NCBI GenBank assembly: GCA_023515725.1
Contig: JALDTO010000098.1
Span: forward strand, 398,164-462,163
Direction: 5' to 3'
Source: Amoeboaphelidium protococcarum X5
Taxonomy: Eukaryota > Fungi > Aphelidiomycota
Length of the DNA stretch: 64,000 nucleotides
This document shows positions 26,997-40,315 of the stretch, in pieces (position 1 is the first letter of the stretch; each line of letters opens with the position of its first letter). Below the pieces are notes generated by a model that had not been told where the DNA came from, did not search any database, and worked only from the letters and a program-made list of their open reading frames with translations. Made by a program: the position numbers and the translations under genes.

Positions 26997-28493
26997 ATGT
27001 CCTTTGCGTCTTCTAGTAGATAATTGTCTCCTGAAAGTTCAATATTGACTAGTAAAAGTGGCAATAAAGATGTGTCACAATTTGTAAAGTATCTGCTTGA
27101 AGGATCTGGTGTGAGTGAAGATGTTCTGGATATGGCCATTCTGAGGCAAGAACTGGAGCATTTGGATGAAGAGGAGTAGTAACTATCTCCTATAAACTCT
27201 TACAGTACAAAGCTATAGAATTAATCATTCACTAGTCAAATGTATGGAAATTAAACTGCGGCTGCATACAAGTAAAATAGAGTGCGTAATAGCAGCATAA
27301 TGGCACTCAATGGAAGCTAGGAAGAGCTGGCGGAGAAGAGTTCTCTTCAAAAGTTGAAACAGAAATTTGAGATTCTGAAACAAGAGAATTCTAAATTGTC
27401 GAATCAGGTTAAAGAGCTTACCAAGTAGAACCAGAAGTTAACTCTACAATTAGAAGAAGAAGAAGAAGAGTCTGCTCCTGGCAATTAATTCTTTTTGGAG
27501 TACTTTGATATCACTGGCTAGGATGCATCTGATAGTGCCATTCACTCAGCGATTAACAAGGTGCGCAGTTGTCGCGATAGTGAGAAGGATCAGTTTATTA
27601 CAGTTGGACAATGTCTGACGATAATCAATTGGTATGAGAAGGAGCTGGAATAAGCACAAGTGTAGAATTAGCAGTCTCACCACAATATGGGTGGTATATA
27701 ATAGAATGAAGAAGAGTAAGTGCAGGATGAAATTATTTAGCAGTTGACAAAAGAGAATAAAAAGCTCCAAATCGAGTTGTAACAGAAGAATAAATTGCTA
27801 CAAAGAGCCAATACTTAGATTGATGAACTTTAGTTGCAAGTATCTGTTGATTAATAGGAGCGGTAGGAACTCATAGACTCCCTGGGATAGGAGGCAAAAG
27901 AAAATAACTATTATAATTTCAGCGATTATCCTAGTCAGTTATAAGGACCTGCTACATTCACCAGAGAGTTGATCAAACGCGACAAGAAGAGGTTCGTTGA
28001 GTGGAAGCGAAAGTCTATGAGCGCTCTGCCTGACAAGAAGAAGGATACTACCACCTTAATTCCAGTTGCTTTACCCAACCCATTAGATTGCAGGGATATC
28101 GTCTTTGATATATGTCAGGAATTGCAGATTAATGATGTTAGGCGCTTGCACTCTGCCTTAAAAGACATCTCCACGTCAATCTCTGCCATTCCCAAGATGA
28201 AAGATTTTATTGAGAGTGTCCATAAGCTTCTGTACGCGACCAAGTCTAGTTAAAAGAGCTTGAAGTAGACTCTGGTAAATTTGCGATAAATTTTGTAGCA
28301 GTAAAGTAGTAACAATCAGAGTAAAGCACATACTACAAAAAACCCCCACACTGTGCGTCTACCTGATAAAAGCGATCATGATAATGTCGCGATTGAGAGT
28401 ATGGATGATATTCTGCATCAGGTTGAATCGGTCACTGATGTAAACGGTGTTCAAAATGATGGCTATTCGTATTTAAATGATGATGATAATTGA
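26997..28493 (+). CDS. Coiled-coil protein, CEP70-like, 498 aa
   Basis: Q/E/K-rich heptads; RDIVFDICQELQINDV...AIPKMKDFIESV block resembles CEP70 homologues. Confidence 0.55.
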
Positions 28494-28566
28494 TGAGATT
28501 ATAATTTTGTATCTATTGTATTTATAAAGTGACGAAATCTTTATTCTAATCAGCATACATGTGAAG

Positions 28567-29496
28567 TCAATCTGTGTTATTCAAATGCTGCTTTAGAGTA
28601 TCAACAAACTGATGCGGCTTTTCTGAATGAAGCCAATGTCCAGCATCTATTCCAACAATTTTGTTTTTAGGGAATATTTGCCTGATCAGTAACTCATCAT
28701 CACCAGCTACATCTCCAGATTAGTTGCTCATACGATAATAATCAGATCGAGTTCCATAAATGAAGAGCGATTTAACCATGGACAGCGGCTAATCATTATC
28801 AACTTGAGGTGACGGAAAGTGAGCAAACTAGTCCAGAGATTATGAAATTCCATTCAGATTTACGCGAAATATCAAAGTCTTTTCCAAATCGGGCAACTCG
28901 GTCAACTCCTAATACTGACCAAGAAGCAACTTCTACGCGGTCGGATGTAATTTATTGAATTGTACAAAGTTGGTAAGTAGGAACGCTTTAACACTCTCAT
29001 CCTACACGGCGGCATTCAGCAATTTACCAGCATCTTGTTTCGTGAGCTTCCCACCAGAATGTATCTATTCCTTCTAGATATCAAGCATACAATCAATGTA
29101 ACTGCGAAAAGCATTTGACAGCTGCAGAGGTCGCGGCGGCATATCAACAGAAATCATGGCGGATAAAAGCTTAGGATTTCGGACGGCAGTCATCATTGCA
29201 ATTTTGCCACCTAGAGAATGTCCACACAAAGCAATGCGCTGTCCCTAAAACTAATGCGCTATAAATTCCTCCACGTCTTGAACCATGTCTTGCAACTGAG
29301 TACGCCCATCGGTCCACTCTGACTCTCCGTGATTCCTCAAATCCAAAGCATACACAGAACGCTAACACTCGGTAGATATCAACTTGCTCAGAGACTTCCA
29401 ATTCTATTTACTCCCAAACAGCCCATGGAGGATGACGAGCGGAGATTTAGGAAGTTACTACGAAGCATTTTATAAGGTATACGCAAGATTGACCAT
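28567..29496 (-). CDS. ABHD11: Alpha/beta hydrolase (ABHD11/YbfF-like), 309 aa
   Basis: LHGLFGSKQNW, DLRNHGES, GHSLGG, DAGHWLHSEKP. Confidence 0.9.
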
Positions 29497-29758
29497 GATT
29501 AGAAGTGGATATGTGATTCAAACCGCGGAATTCCTGAATAATATGCTCAGTAATAATATAAATACGGTAAATACAAAACCCTTCGACACTCGAAATATAT
29601 TAAAGAGCTGACTGGATTCTACAGTAATTTTGAATTGACGTGATCAGCGTCGCGTTCTGCTCTCGTTTTGTTTCTCTTCTCTTCTCCTCTCGTCTTCATC
29701 TAAAATACACCTATAAATCATCATTAATATCTACTTATTTTTATTATTTTTTATATTT

Positions 29759-32700
29759 ATGAAGTATACGATTAAAGAATTGTGCGAAAATATCATCAAA
29801 CCTTAGGAGGATGATAGGCTGTATAGATATCTAGTTCTTGAGAATGGCTTGAAAGTCTTGCTGGTCAGTGATGGTAATGCTGACAAGGCGGCAGCGTCCC
29901 TCTCTGTTAGCATCGGATCTATACATGAGCCCACAGATTGGTGTGGACTGGCTCACTTTCTTGAACATATGCTCTTTCTAGGTACAGAGAAGTTTCCGGT
30001 GGAGAATGAGTACAGCTCATACTTGAACAAGAATGGTGGCCATTCTAATGCTTACACCTCTGGTGATGAGACTAATTACTACTTTGATGTTGCCGTCAAT
30101 GGTGGTGGAGAGGGATCTGATCAGGTTCTGGATGGAGCATTGGATAGATTCTCGTCATTCTTTACATGTCCATTGTTGGGAGATGGTGCATCATCTACAT
30201 CTTCTTCAGACGGTTCTGCTGTGGAACCTTCTGGCAATGCTAGCAATAGTAATGCTGTGGATAGAGAAGTAAAGGCTGTGGATAGTGAATTTAAAAAGAA
30301 TCTGAATGAAGATTATCGCAGAGTGTATCAGCTGGTCAAGAATGAATGTGATCCCAAGCATCCTTATAACAAGTTTGATTCTGGTAACATGTTGAGTTTG
30401 TAGTAGAATATGAATAGTCACGCGCAGGATGGTTAGGGTAGTGCGGTTAGTAATGCTATGAATGCCCTGAAATAGTTTTACAAGGGTGCATACAGTAGCC
30501 ATCTGATGTCTTTATGTATACTTGGTCGTTAGCCATTAGATCAGTTGTAGTAGATGGCGGTGAAGTATTTTTCAGGTGTGTAATTGAACCTGAATGCAGA
30601 CTAGTATCTGTCAAAGATTCCTAGTAGTCACCCATTTGACAATACTCAGATGAGGGGTTCTATCATTTACACCTGCCCGCTGAAAGATATTCGTAAGCTG
30701 ACTTTAAAGTTTGCCATCCCACCTCAGTATGAGAATAGATGGAACAAGTCTTTTCGCTATCTTGGTCACTTGATTGGGCATGAATCTACCGGTTCCATAT
30801 TGTCAGTGCTGAAGAGTCTCGGATGGGCCACGTCTTTGAGTGCTGGGGTGAGTTCTCATGGATCAAAGTATTTTGACATGTTCTCCATTGACATTAGTCT
30901 CTCTGTGGAGGGATTGTAAAGTTATGAAAAAGTTATCGAGACTGTCTTTGCGTATATCAACATGCTGAAAAGTGAACACCCTTTTGTGGAATATGTCTAT
31001 CAGGAGGTTAGGATGATTAGCGACATTCAGTTTATGTTTGCAGAGAAGAGCTCAAATGCCTCAGGATACGTGTCCGGTCTTACTGAGTCGATGCATTATT
31101 ATAGTGATCGTCCGGAATTACTTCTGAAGGGCATTGGCTATTTTGATGAAGATTATCAAGATTGTTAAAGATCTGTTGTAGAGTTGTTCGAGAAGTACCT
31201 TGTTCCTGGTAATTTCTGTGCCGTTGTTCTATCTAAAGAGTGTCCTCAATCTTTACAATAGCAGATGGCTTAGACGACCAAGAAGAATGAGAAATGGTAT
31301 GGAACTGAGTACTCTGTGATGTAGTTGGATCGGTAGTTTTTGTCTCTGCTGAATTCAGTCAAGTCTTCATAGAATTTGAGTATTCCTAGGCCTAATCCTT
31401 TCATGCCTAAAGATTTGTCATTGTGTATTGAGCCTCAAGATGGCTTATAGCACCCGCTGATTGTGCGTGAAAGTCCTCTGATGAGAACTTGGTACAGACT
31501 TCCATCAAAGAGCATTCCTGTTCTGCCAAAGATGATTATCTGTATGAATGTAAAGAGTTAGTAAGCGTACTAGCCGTCACCGTTTAACTCTATATGCTCA
31601 TACTTGATTTGTTAGATGGTGCATGAAGAACTGGCAGAGTTGAGTTATGAGGCAGAGTGCGCTCTGATCAGTTGGTAAATCGATGCCACCGCTGAGGGAT
31701 TTTCTCTTCTGTTTGGCGGAGTGGGTAAAGGTATCATTGGATTGATGGAAATCGTATTAAAAACGCTGAGGAATTATAGCGATGTATTTTCTGACACTAA
31801 GGATCAGACCATGCATTAGAAGCGTCTGAAAACTTTTGAGGTGCTCAAGGACAAGTACAAGAGATCATTGATGAGCTTTGGTAAAGAGCAATCTTACTAA
31901 CATGCAATCTATTACACGACTCAGATTATTTAGAGTTTGTTGTGGACACATGAAGATAAGCTGAATATTTTAGAATCCGTCCGTTATGATGATCTGGTAA
32001 AGTTTAGCCGCCATCAATTGTGGTAGAACATTTATACCGAGAGCTGGTGTTTTGGAAATGTCACCAAGTAGGAAGTTGTAACTATTTCTACTAAAGCTGA
32101 AGAAATTTTAAGTAATGCAAGCCCAAGTAACAATGGTGCTGCTTTGTAATCTTTACCTTTATCGGTAAAATCTGGCGTTAGATCTCATTTGATTCCACCA
32201 GCTAAAACTATATTACATGTCAAGTCTTGTGCTAATCATTTGAATCCGAATTATGCGATAGAGTTATTCTATCAGTGTGGCCCGTTGATGTCTCAAATGG
32301 ATTAGTATTCTGTTCGTAATGAACTTGAATTGGGTGCTAATGCTGATCCTCATGTCAGATGTATTGTGTTTCTCTTGGTATAAATGATGCAAGAGGCTGC
32401 GTTCAATTAGTTGAGAACTAAAGAACAGCTTGGATATATTGTGTTTACATCAATGCGTAAATCTGTAGGTAGTATTGGATTGCGCGTAATTGTGTAGAGT
32501 GAACGTGATTCCTCGTATTTGGAATAGCGTATTGAGAATTTTCTTCTAGACTTTGGTAGGTAACACTTGAAGATTGGGATGGATAATGAAGAAAGTGGTA
32601 TTGACTAGTAGCTGTTCAGCAAGTATGTGCAATCTTGCATCAATGTAATTACGTAGAAAGATGAGAATATGATGGCCGAATCTACCAGATACTGGAAGCA

Positions 32701-33250
32701 CATATCTGGTGGCTATTATGAATTTAATCAAGTGGATGTCGATGTTGCGGCGTTGAAGGCTATTACTCCAGAGCACTTGGTTGAGTTTTACACCACGTAC
32801 ATTGATCCTAACTCTCCGTACAGATCCAAGCTTGTCACCCATATCCGTAGTGTTCATCCTCTGTGTAAATAGTTTGGCATAAAAGATGCTGAGGTGAGGT
32901 GTGATAGTTTGTTGGCATCTGGCGTGTAGTAGATTCTTGCAGATGAACATGACACTTTTGTATCTTCCGAAGAGATTGGTATCCTGATTGATTAAATGAA
33001 TCTTGGTCATGATGTCAATGATGCTGGTTAGAATTTAGAGGTAGAAGACTTGGCCAAGAAGGTTGCAACCAAATATGGTACTGATCTGATTTTAAAGAGA
33101 AGGTTGAAGGAGAACACTGTGCTGGTTGACGATGTTGATAGAATCAAGTCATTGCTCAGTCTTGGACCGTGTGCATTGCCAGTCAAACCTTCATACCTGA
33201 AAACTTCTTAACAAGAAAATGGTTCTATTGCCCAGAAAGCTCACCTATGA
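29759..33250 (+). CDS. STE23: Insulin-degrading enzyme/Ste23 (M16A metallopeptidase), 1163 aa
   Basis: GLAHFLEHMLFLGTEKFP, NAYT, HLIGHESTGS, FNQLRTKEQLGY; C-terminal -AHL. Confidence 0.95.
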
Positions 33251-33344
33251 GAGTTGTTCGAGAACTTGCATGAGATATATATTTATGAAATCATAGCAGT
33301 GAAAATAAGTGATAATAAAACAATCTATCAAGATTAGTATTTTG

Positions 33345-34151
33345 TCAAATAACATTCCATAAGTCTTCAAAGACATTGCAGATTTTACCGCATGCAACGG
33401 ATGCACTCAACGAATAGTCACTAATGGATACTTTCTCATCGCACCACCCATCTGCAAAATCATCCTTTCCATGAGCAAAGGCTCCTACTATAAAGCAAAC
33501 TGGCTCCTCTCTCAAAACTTTTGATCTTTTACTAACTGATTCTGATTGTTCATTAGCAGGCGAATCAACTCCATCATTTTCTCTTGTATCGCTCTCACCA
33601 GTTACGGATGAAGAAGATTTACTCATCAAAGATTAAATATAATTAGACAATCTGACTGTAGGCGCGTCACCAGATAACAAAATCTTTTTACAGCCGACAG
33701 GTAGGTGATCAGTGACAGGGTTCTTTATAACTTTGAGAAGCTTCTCACCGCCATTACCTTCAGCACTGCGAATTGATAGTTTATGCAACAGCTGAACCAT
33801 CAGACCAGAGAATCTCTTGTACGTTCTCGGAATACGCGTTTGCGGATTGATTTCAATCAGAACATTCTTCTAAGTCTTTATGAATACCTACAACATGCCA
33901 GCCTTATTAAGCGGACTATCCATTAGGGTGAGCAGACACTGGTGAGTGATATCAGGTCGCATCTCTGCCACCTGGCGACTGTGCTTCTTCAGCAAGGACG
34001 CGTGATCATCACAGTTGAGCAGATGATAAGACGATGTATCAGCGGATCTATTCCCTCTACTACTCTTTTATGATACTTTAACAATCTCGAGTGGAGCATT
34101 GTCAAGCACCACAATCAACCGCTTTCTCTGCGAAACTGGCTTCAACGACAT
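33345..34151 (-). CDS. EMG1: 18S rRNA pseudouridine methyltransferase Emg1/Nep1, 268 aa
   Basis: [52 protein letters not shown]. Confidence 0.95.
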
Positions 34152-34475
34152 TTTGCGCAATTTTATCAAAAAGCTAATTTAAAGAGAAGTGAAAACGCGT
34201 TAGAGCGACTGGTTGGCTGAGACGTTATTATCATTTAAAATATAAACACATTACAGTAGGACGTCTTTTGCTTCACAATTGAAGATTGAAATGTAAAGAC
34301 AATAAAGTGCCATTATCAAGATTAAATCTAGAATAGAAATACACCGTACAGATATAACGAAAATGAAAATTTATTCATTTATACCAATCTTCTCATATGT
34401 ATAGCATCTCTAAAGTGATCTTTATCTTTTGAGAGTCACAAGCATATAGAGTACTTGATCTCTTACTCTGAAATA

Positions 34476-35033
34476 TCAATCGTCCACCTTATTAATACCA
34501 AAGAACCTGACCAGATGGAGAGCTGGAAGTTTTGCAATCAACACAACAATCAGTGGAATGATGTTGATGATAAACAGAGTGGCATCATAACGCGTGTAAT
34601 GAGTACTCAGCAAGAACATGAATATAGGCAGTGCGGTGAGATACTTCTTGGCCGGTGTAAACTGCTGTCCATCATCAATCTGTTCCCACAGCGTGAGACC
34701 TGCATACTCTCCCTGATCTGCATCGAACGGTGTTCCAATAATCATATGAAATAGAATAAAATGTCCCTACATATTAAAAAATTTATTTCCTTGATAATTG
34801 TATACTCTAAATAGAACAATATAAATATTTACAGTCAGGTAGGATATGTTGGTGAGTGTCCACGCGATTTCTGTGGATACTGATGGAATGATGCCAAATG
34901 CAATTCGGAGTATGAGGATGACCAGAGCGTTCATAGTCCATGCGCCTTTACTATTCACCCACGTAGAATTGGGATTGATCATGGAAGGGTAGGATGATGA
35001 TCCCTTGGTTTTAGCGATCAAATCTGATATCAT
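34476..35033 (-). CDS. ORM1: ORM1/ORMDL sphingolipid regulator, 163 aa; exons 35033-34833, 34766-34476
   Basis: NSTWVNSKGAW, AWTLTN, GTPF, LTLWEQIDDGQQFTPAKKYL, AKLPALHLVRFFGIN. Confidence 0.95.
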
Positions 35034-35664
35034 TTTTTTCCCTCAATAAGATTATGCAATTGATTTGAAATAGATTTTTTATCAATTTTGGTGAAAGAAG
35101 GCGAAATGATAATTTGTGTAAGAATGATTGCACAACTGGCGCAAAGGGTGAAAACCAGATTCACACGGGAGGACTAAAAGTATTAGGAGTAACGGATTAA
35201 AATGTATTAATAATCGATTCGCGTTTTCAGCTCTATTTTGCCTTTAACTTAGATAAAGGCACTCAAGTTGTTGGGGAGTCAGTTCATCGCAATCTTACAG
35301 GAAACTGATGTCGCGCTTAAGCACTATCCAGGGAACTAAACTGATCAGAAGTACTTTTCAGTTGAGGTGAATACAAGATCTCTTTAACGACTCGCACTTT
35401 GAAGATATGAACTTATAATTGGAAGAATATAAAGACGTCGTTTATATACCGTACATATAGACATCTACGCGATTTGGAGCGTGTCTAAACGTACTGTATG
35501 TGTCAATGTTTCGACTCCCTTCGATGATTGATCCACAGAGCTAACAAGTGTATGAAGTGATGAAACATTATAAATAATCAGTGCTATGCAAAACAATATA
35601 TTTGTACATAAAATTCATTCTAAAATGCAATCAATTAAAAATAATAGCAATACACAATATACCA

Positions 35665-38013
35665 TCACTGCTGAGACTTGAAAGTCTGAGTTACGAGAGA
35701 GTCAAGACGGCAGATGGCAAGGAAGATTTGCTCTTCCAGTGAACGACAGATTCTCTTTTTCAACTGATTGACCAGAGATGTGCCCAATAATCTGTAAGCA
35801 AAGTCGTGGCTCGAGTCGTGCAGATTTATGCGCAACGCGTCAATGTTCACCTTAATGTCCACAGGAACCAAGGTGGTGTACCACAGATTGGTGTCAATGG
35901 CAGTCTTCGTTGTGATACTCAGTCCATTTCCACTTAAGAAGATGTCAGCAAGTCCAGCGTCGCGCAGAGGCGGAAATCCTCGCTTGTTGATTGAAAACTC
36001 CACATTGCGCAAATCAGCCTGGATCTGGTACACATTGACATCCACGGCGCTAATGTAAAAAGCACTAGGCAGATTGGGGCGGGGAGACATTTGAATGTTA
36101 TTCGTAAAGTTGACTTCAACCAAATTAGGCAAGGCGCTTTCCAATGAAATGACAATATTGTCGAAAGTGACATCCATATTTGCATCAGAGATTTCAATTC
36201 TTGGTAGAGCTACAAACTTGAATGTGGACGCAATTATGGGCAAGAACACCTGTCTCAAGTCCTGAATCAGATCCTACTTCAAAGTCACCTAGCCTGATTG
36301 AGGATCCATCAGGATAGACTGAACCACCTACCATCCAGATTAGTAGATTGCATTCAATGCACGATCGGACTGCAGGCCATTCAGAATATTTTACAATTCA
36401 AACACAAAGCTGTTGATCAACTGAGGAATCTTGGTACCAAACAGCTTTCTACCATCCTCAATCAGGCGGATAGACTTCAGAGTGTATTCTGGACCATTCA
36501 AGTAGCCGGGATCATCCATACAACGACTAGAAAAATACTGCAGAGATTCCAAATAGTCCCTAGTCTCCCAATCCTGTGTAATGAACAATTAAAACTAATC
36601 AATGACGCGTATCAGACCATCCAAGGAATATCCATTTGCAAATCTTTACACCAACTGCTTAAGATCTTCAAGCATAGCAGGCCTATTCGCTTCATAGTAC
36701 GACAGAGGAATAGTACGATGCATCCTGTGATACTCCCTACCAGTCACTGCACCAAGTTCCGCAGCCATACGAGCAATCAAAATCACAGCTTGTAGCAACT
36801 CTGGACTTTACTGCAGCGATTACAGGATACTGCGTAGAGACTCGGCAACTAGGGCCGCTTGATCAGCTGTTAATGGTGTGCGTAAAGCTGATGCATAATC
36901 TCTCATCATTGGTTACGCAGAAGGTGCTTAGAATTGCAGGGGACTTGGAGCATTCTGATCGACTCGCACATACATCTGCTCTCCGCCCACCGTCGTTCCA
37001 CCGCCACCATTTCTCATTGACGCAGCCTAAGATTACATTGGACGTTATTGCTAAGGCTCAGGCATCGGAGATTGGGATTACTATGAATTGCCAATCATCT
37101 CCAGCAGTCCGCTAACTTCAGTGCCGGATTTCAACAACTTTCCCAACTACATTAGAATTTTCATGACATGCTGCTACTGGCCACCTCTACCAAACTACTA
37201 ATCAGGCATTCCATACTGAGATATGCGTTACTTCACCTGAGCCGTAAACATTGAAGATAGATACGCGTGCTGCAAGAAACTCTGCAACTTTTCATCATAA
37301 TTCTTCTCCTGCAGCACCTGTCCCAATACCTGGATGAATTACTGCACATTGATCAATACTTCCGCTGATGCTGGTGACAAATTCCCACCATACATGGAGC
37401 GATTGATAGAAAAGTTTAGCCTTCCGATAAGCTCGTGCAAAAACTGGTTGGTTGGAATACGTCCCTGCATAAAGATTTCCTATACTTGCATCATGAATCT
37501 TCTGGAGTCCTAAATCTCGCGTTATCTCATTAAAGATAGTGTACCATATGCAGGATTGGTATACGGCGACTGACGTCTTCCGCGGGGAGAATTGGCAATC
37601 GAGAGCAACACATCCTTGGGTGTGAATCCATAGTAGTAGTGATCGCTGTACGGACCAATTCCATAAGTTTACACAAAGTTACTAGGATAAGCTTGCGGTG
37701 CCATGCCAAGTTTGCTTGCGTAATAGGGCATCATAAATGGATACGGTCTCTGCATAGGACCCGGATTGAACGCTGCCGTATGCGTCTTCACTTCCCTATT
37801 TAACTGAGCCTACGCTGTCTGTGATTGCTCCTCTTTGCGGCGAGGCATGAGAGCAATTTTAGGGCCTTTACCGGCGCCTTTTTGGGGCATCACCCCATAT
37901 CCTTGATATCCTGGCTGAGGGTGTTCAGTAATGTTGCGCGCTCTCAGCAGTTGCTCTTACACGTTTTCTTCAGTCCTTGGAGCAGTTTCTTGCGCTTTCC
38001 ACTGATTATCCAT
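35665..38013 (-). CDS. HAM1-like/DUF4449-type protein, 782 aa
   Basis: GRIPTNQ...EKNYDEKLQSFL N-terminal block; LPRIE...DNIV and IQADLRNV.F...GFPPLRDAGLADIFLSG.GLS C-terminal block. Confidence 0.75.
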
Positions 38014-38423
38014 ACCTTATTAGTGATAATGTATTTTAATATGACCAGTTGAATTGGATTACAGATAATTCAGACTGAAAATAGGTAAAGCCAGTATCCA
38101 TTTTATGATATCATGATATAACACCACCAACTTTGCATGAACACTTCTAACTCAGGGATGACCGCCACATCAGTCACCAAGTGAGTCCATAACTATCCAT
38201 GTGTTTCAAATAAAGATTAGTAGATACTATTAGATAATTTCCATGTTAAATAAATATTTACTGCTTATTTGTAAAATTGTTCAGTCCAATACACTAAAGC
38301 AACTCTACATACAATATTTGACACACTAAAGTAACTCTGCCTAACAAAGTGAGAGAAGACGCGCCTCTTAAGATTTATTTCAATATCATCAGCGGATAGA
38401 TATAATAAAATCCGAAGTACAAT

Positions 38424-39179
38424 ATGAAGACGCTACTGATATTAAGTGGAAAGGGCGGTGTTGGTAAATCTTCAGTATGTGGATAATTGGCGTTAGCATT
38501 ACACAGCCGCGGTCTAAGAGTGGGAGTACTTGATGTGGATCTTTGCGGTCCATCAATGCCACTGGTATTTGGCGTACCTTAAGCATCAATAGAATAATCA
38601 TCGAATAGCTGGGTGCCTGCTCAGGTGGCAGATGGCCTTTATCTTATGTCTATCAATTTCCTACTCTAAGACAAAGACACTGCTATAGTGTGGCGTGGTC
38701 CTAAAAAGACTGCAATGATCTCTCAGTTTATCCGCAATGTAGATTGGGGTCATCTCGATTACCTGCTCATAGACACGCCACCTGGAACATCCGATGAGCA
38801 TTTAGCTGTACTGGATGCGATAAGGAGTAATCAGGATTAATATGCATTAGATGGCGCAATCTTGGTCACTACTCCGTAGTAAGTAGCGGCCGCAGATGTT
38901 CGTAAAGAGTATAATTTTTGCAAAACAGTCGGAATCCCTGTGCTCGGAGTCATTGAGAATATGAGTGGATACAAGTGCCCACATTGCTCCGATTGTACGG
39001 ATATATTCAGCTCTGGTGGTGGATAATCGCTATCTTAAAAGTATAATATTCCGCTGCTAGGCAAGATTCCGATTAATCCGCAGTTGGCATAGATGATGGA
39101 TGAAGGGTCTCTAGTTCACGACTTTACCTCTCTCTCCACCTGTGACGATTTCAAGTCGATTGCTTCCGAAATATTATGA
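38424..39179 (+). CDS. CFD1: Cytosolic Fe-S cluster assembly NTPase Cfd1/NUBP2, 251 aa
   Basis: [45 protein letters not shown]; lacks the Nbp35 N-terminal ferredoxin motif. Confidence 0.93.
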
Positions 39180-39414
39180 TTCTTCTTGTTACAAAATAAA
39201 CTATATGTAATTTTAAATTGATAATGTGTTACAAGAGGTTCATATTTAATTACATCTTTCATTTAGAAAGATACTGTTGATAAACCATCCCTGATAATCA
39301 TAAGCAAAGTGTGCCATTCTTTTTTTTCTCACACATGCTACATTGTTAAAGCAAATAAACAAGCCCATGTTGAGAAGTGTGAGTGACTGGATAAATGACG
39401 TCATCGAACGAGCC

Positions 39415-40112
39415 CCCAGTAACAGTGTTATTCATCGACCAAATAGTCAAACATAAGTCTGATAACTCAAAACTGAGTGCGCTGGTTGCTGATGACTATA
39501 ATTAAGATAGCCAGCGCAAAGCCGGAGGAGGAATATCGTTTTTTGTAACAACGACATGCGAATAACACTTTGTTACTCCAAGAACGCGTGCCCAGTAACA
39601 AAGTGTTATTCATCGACCAAATAGTCAAACATAAGTCTGATAACTCAAAACTGAATACGCTGGTTGCTGATGAATATAAAAAGTTCAACCAGCGCAAAGC
39701 CGGAGTAGGAATATCGTTTTTTGTAACAACGACATGCGAATAACACTTTGTTACTCCTCCATCGCGTGCCCAGTAACAAAGTGTTATTCATCGACCAAAT
39801 AGTCAAACATAAGGCTGATAACTCAAACATAAGATTCGCTGGCCGCTGATGACTATAATTATGATAGCGGGCGCAAAGCCGGAGTAGGAATATCGTTTTT
39901 GTAACAATGCCAATGGGAATAACACTTTGTTACTCCAATAACGCGTGCCCAGTAACAAAGTGTTATTCATCGACCAAATAGTCAAACATAAGTCTGATAA
40001 CTCAAAACTAAATGCGCTGGTTGCTGTTTAATATAATTAAGATAGCCAGCGCAAACCGGAGTGTATACCGTTTTTTGTAAACAATGCCAATGGAATAACA
40101 CTTTTGTTACTC
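39415..40112. repeat. Tandem array C, 176-179 bp unit x4, each unit bounded by 17-bp inverted repeats
   Basis: CCCAGTAACA at 39415, 39591, 39769 and 39948; consensus unit starts AGTAACAAAGTGTTATT and ends AATAACACTTTGTTACT (small indels in the outermost copies). Confidence 0.95.
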
Positions 40113-40315
40113 GATGAATGCGTTCCGCTTTGAAACGTTCGACCGGTTTTGTCGTGTTTTACTTTCCCAGTTTCGTCTTTTACGCATTCACAGTTCAGTT
40201 TAGTTCATTTAATTAAGAACAGTGTGAGTTTCTTCCTCTTTACTCTACTGCAAACTTTTCACCATTATCGTTTACATTGGTCTGGGAGAGACTTTAAATA
40301 TTCTATCCAAAAAGC

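Noticed and set aside
39415-40112. CRISPR array or integron cassette array
   Set aside because: No unique spacers (only ~5 variable nt), ~177 bp units, no cas or integrase gene, eukaryotic context
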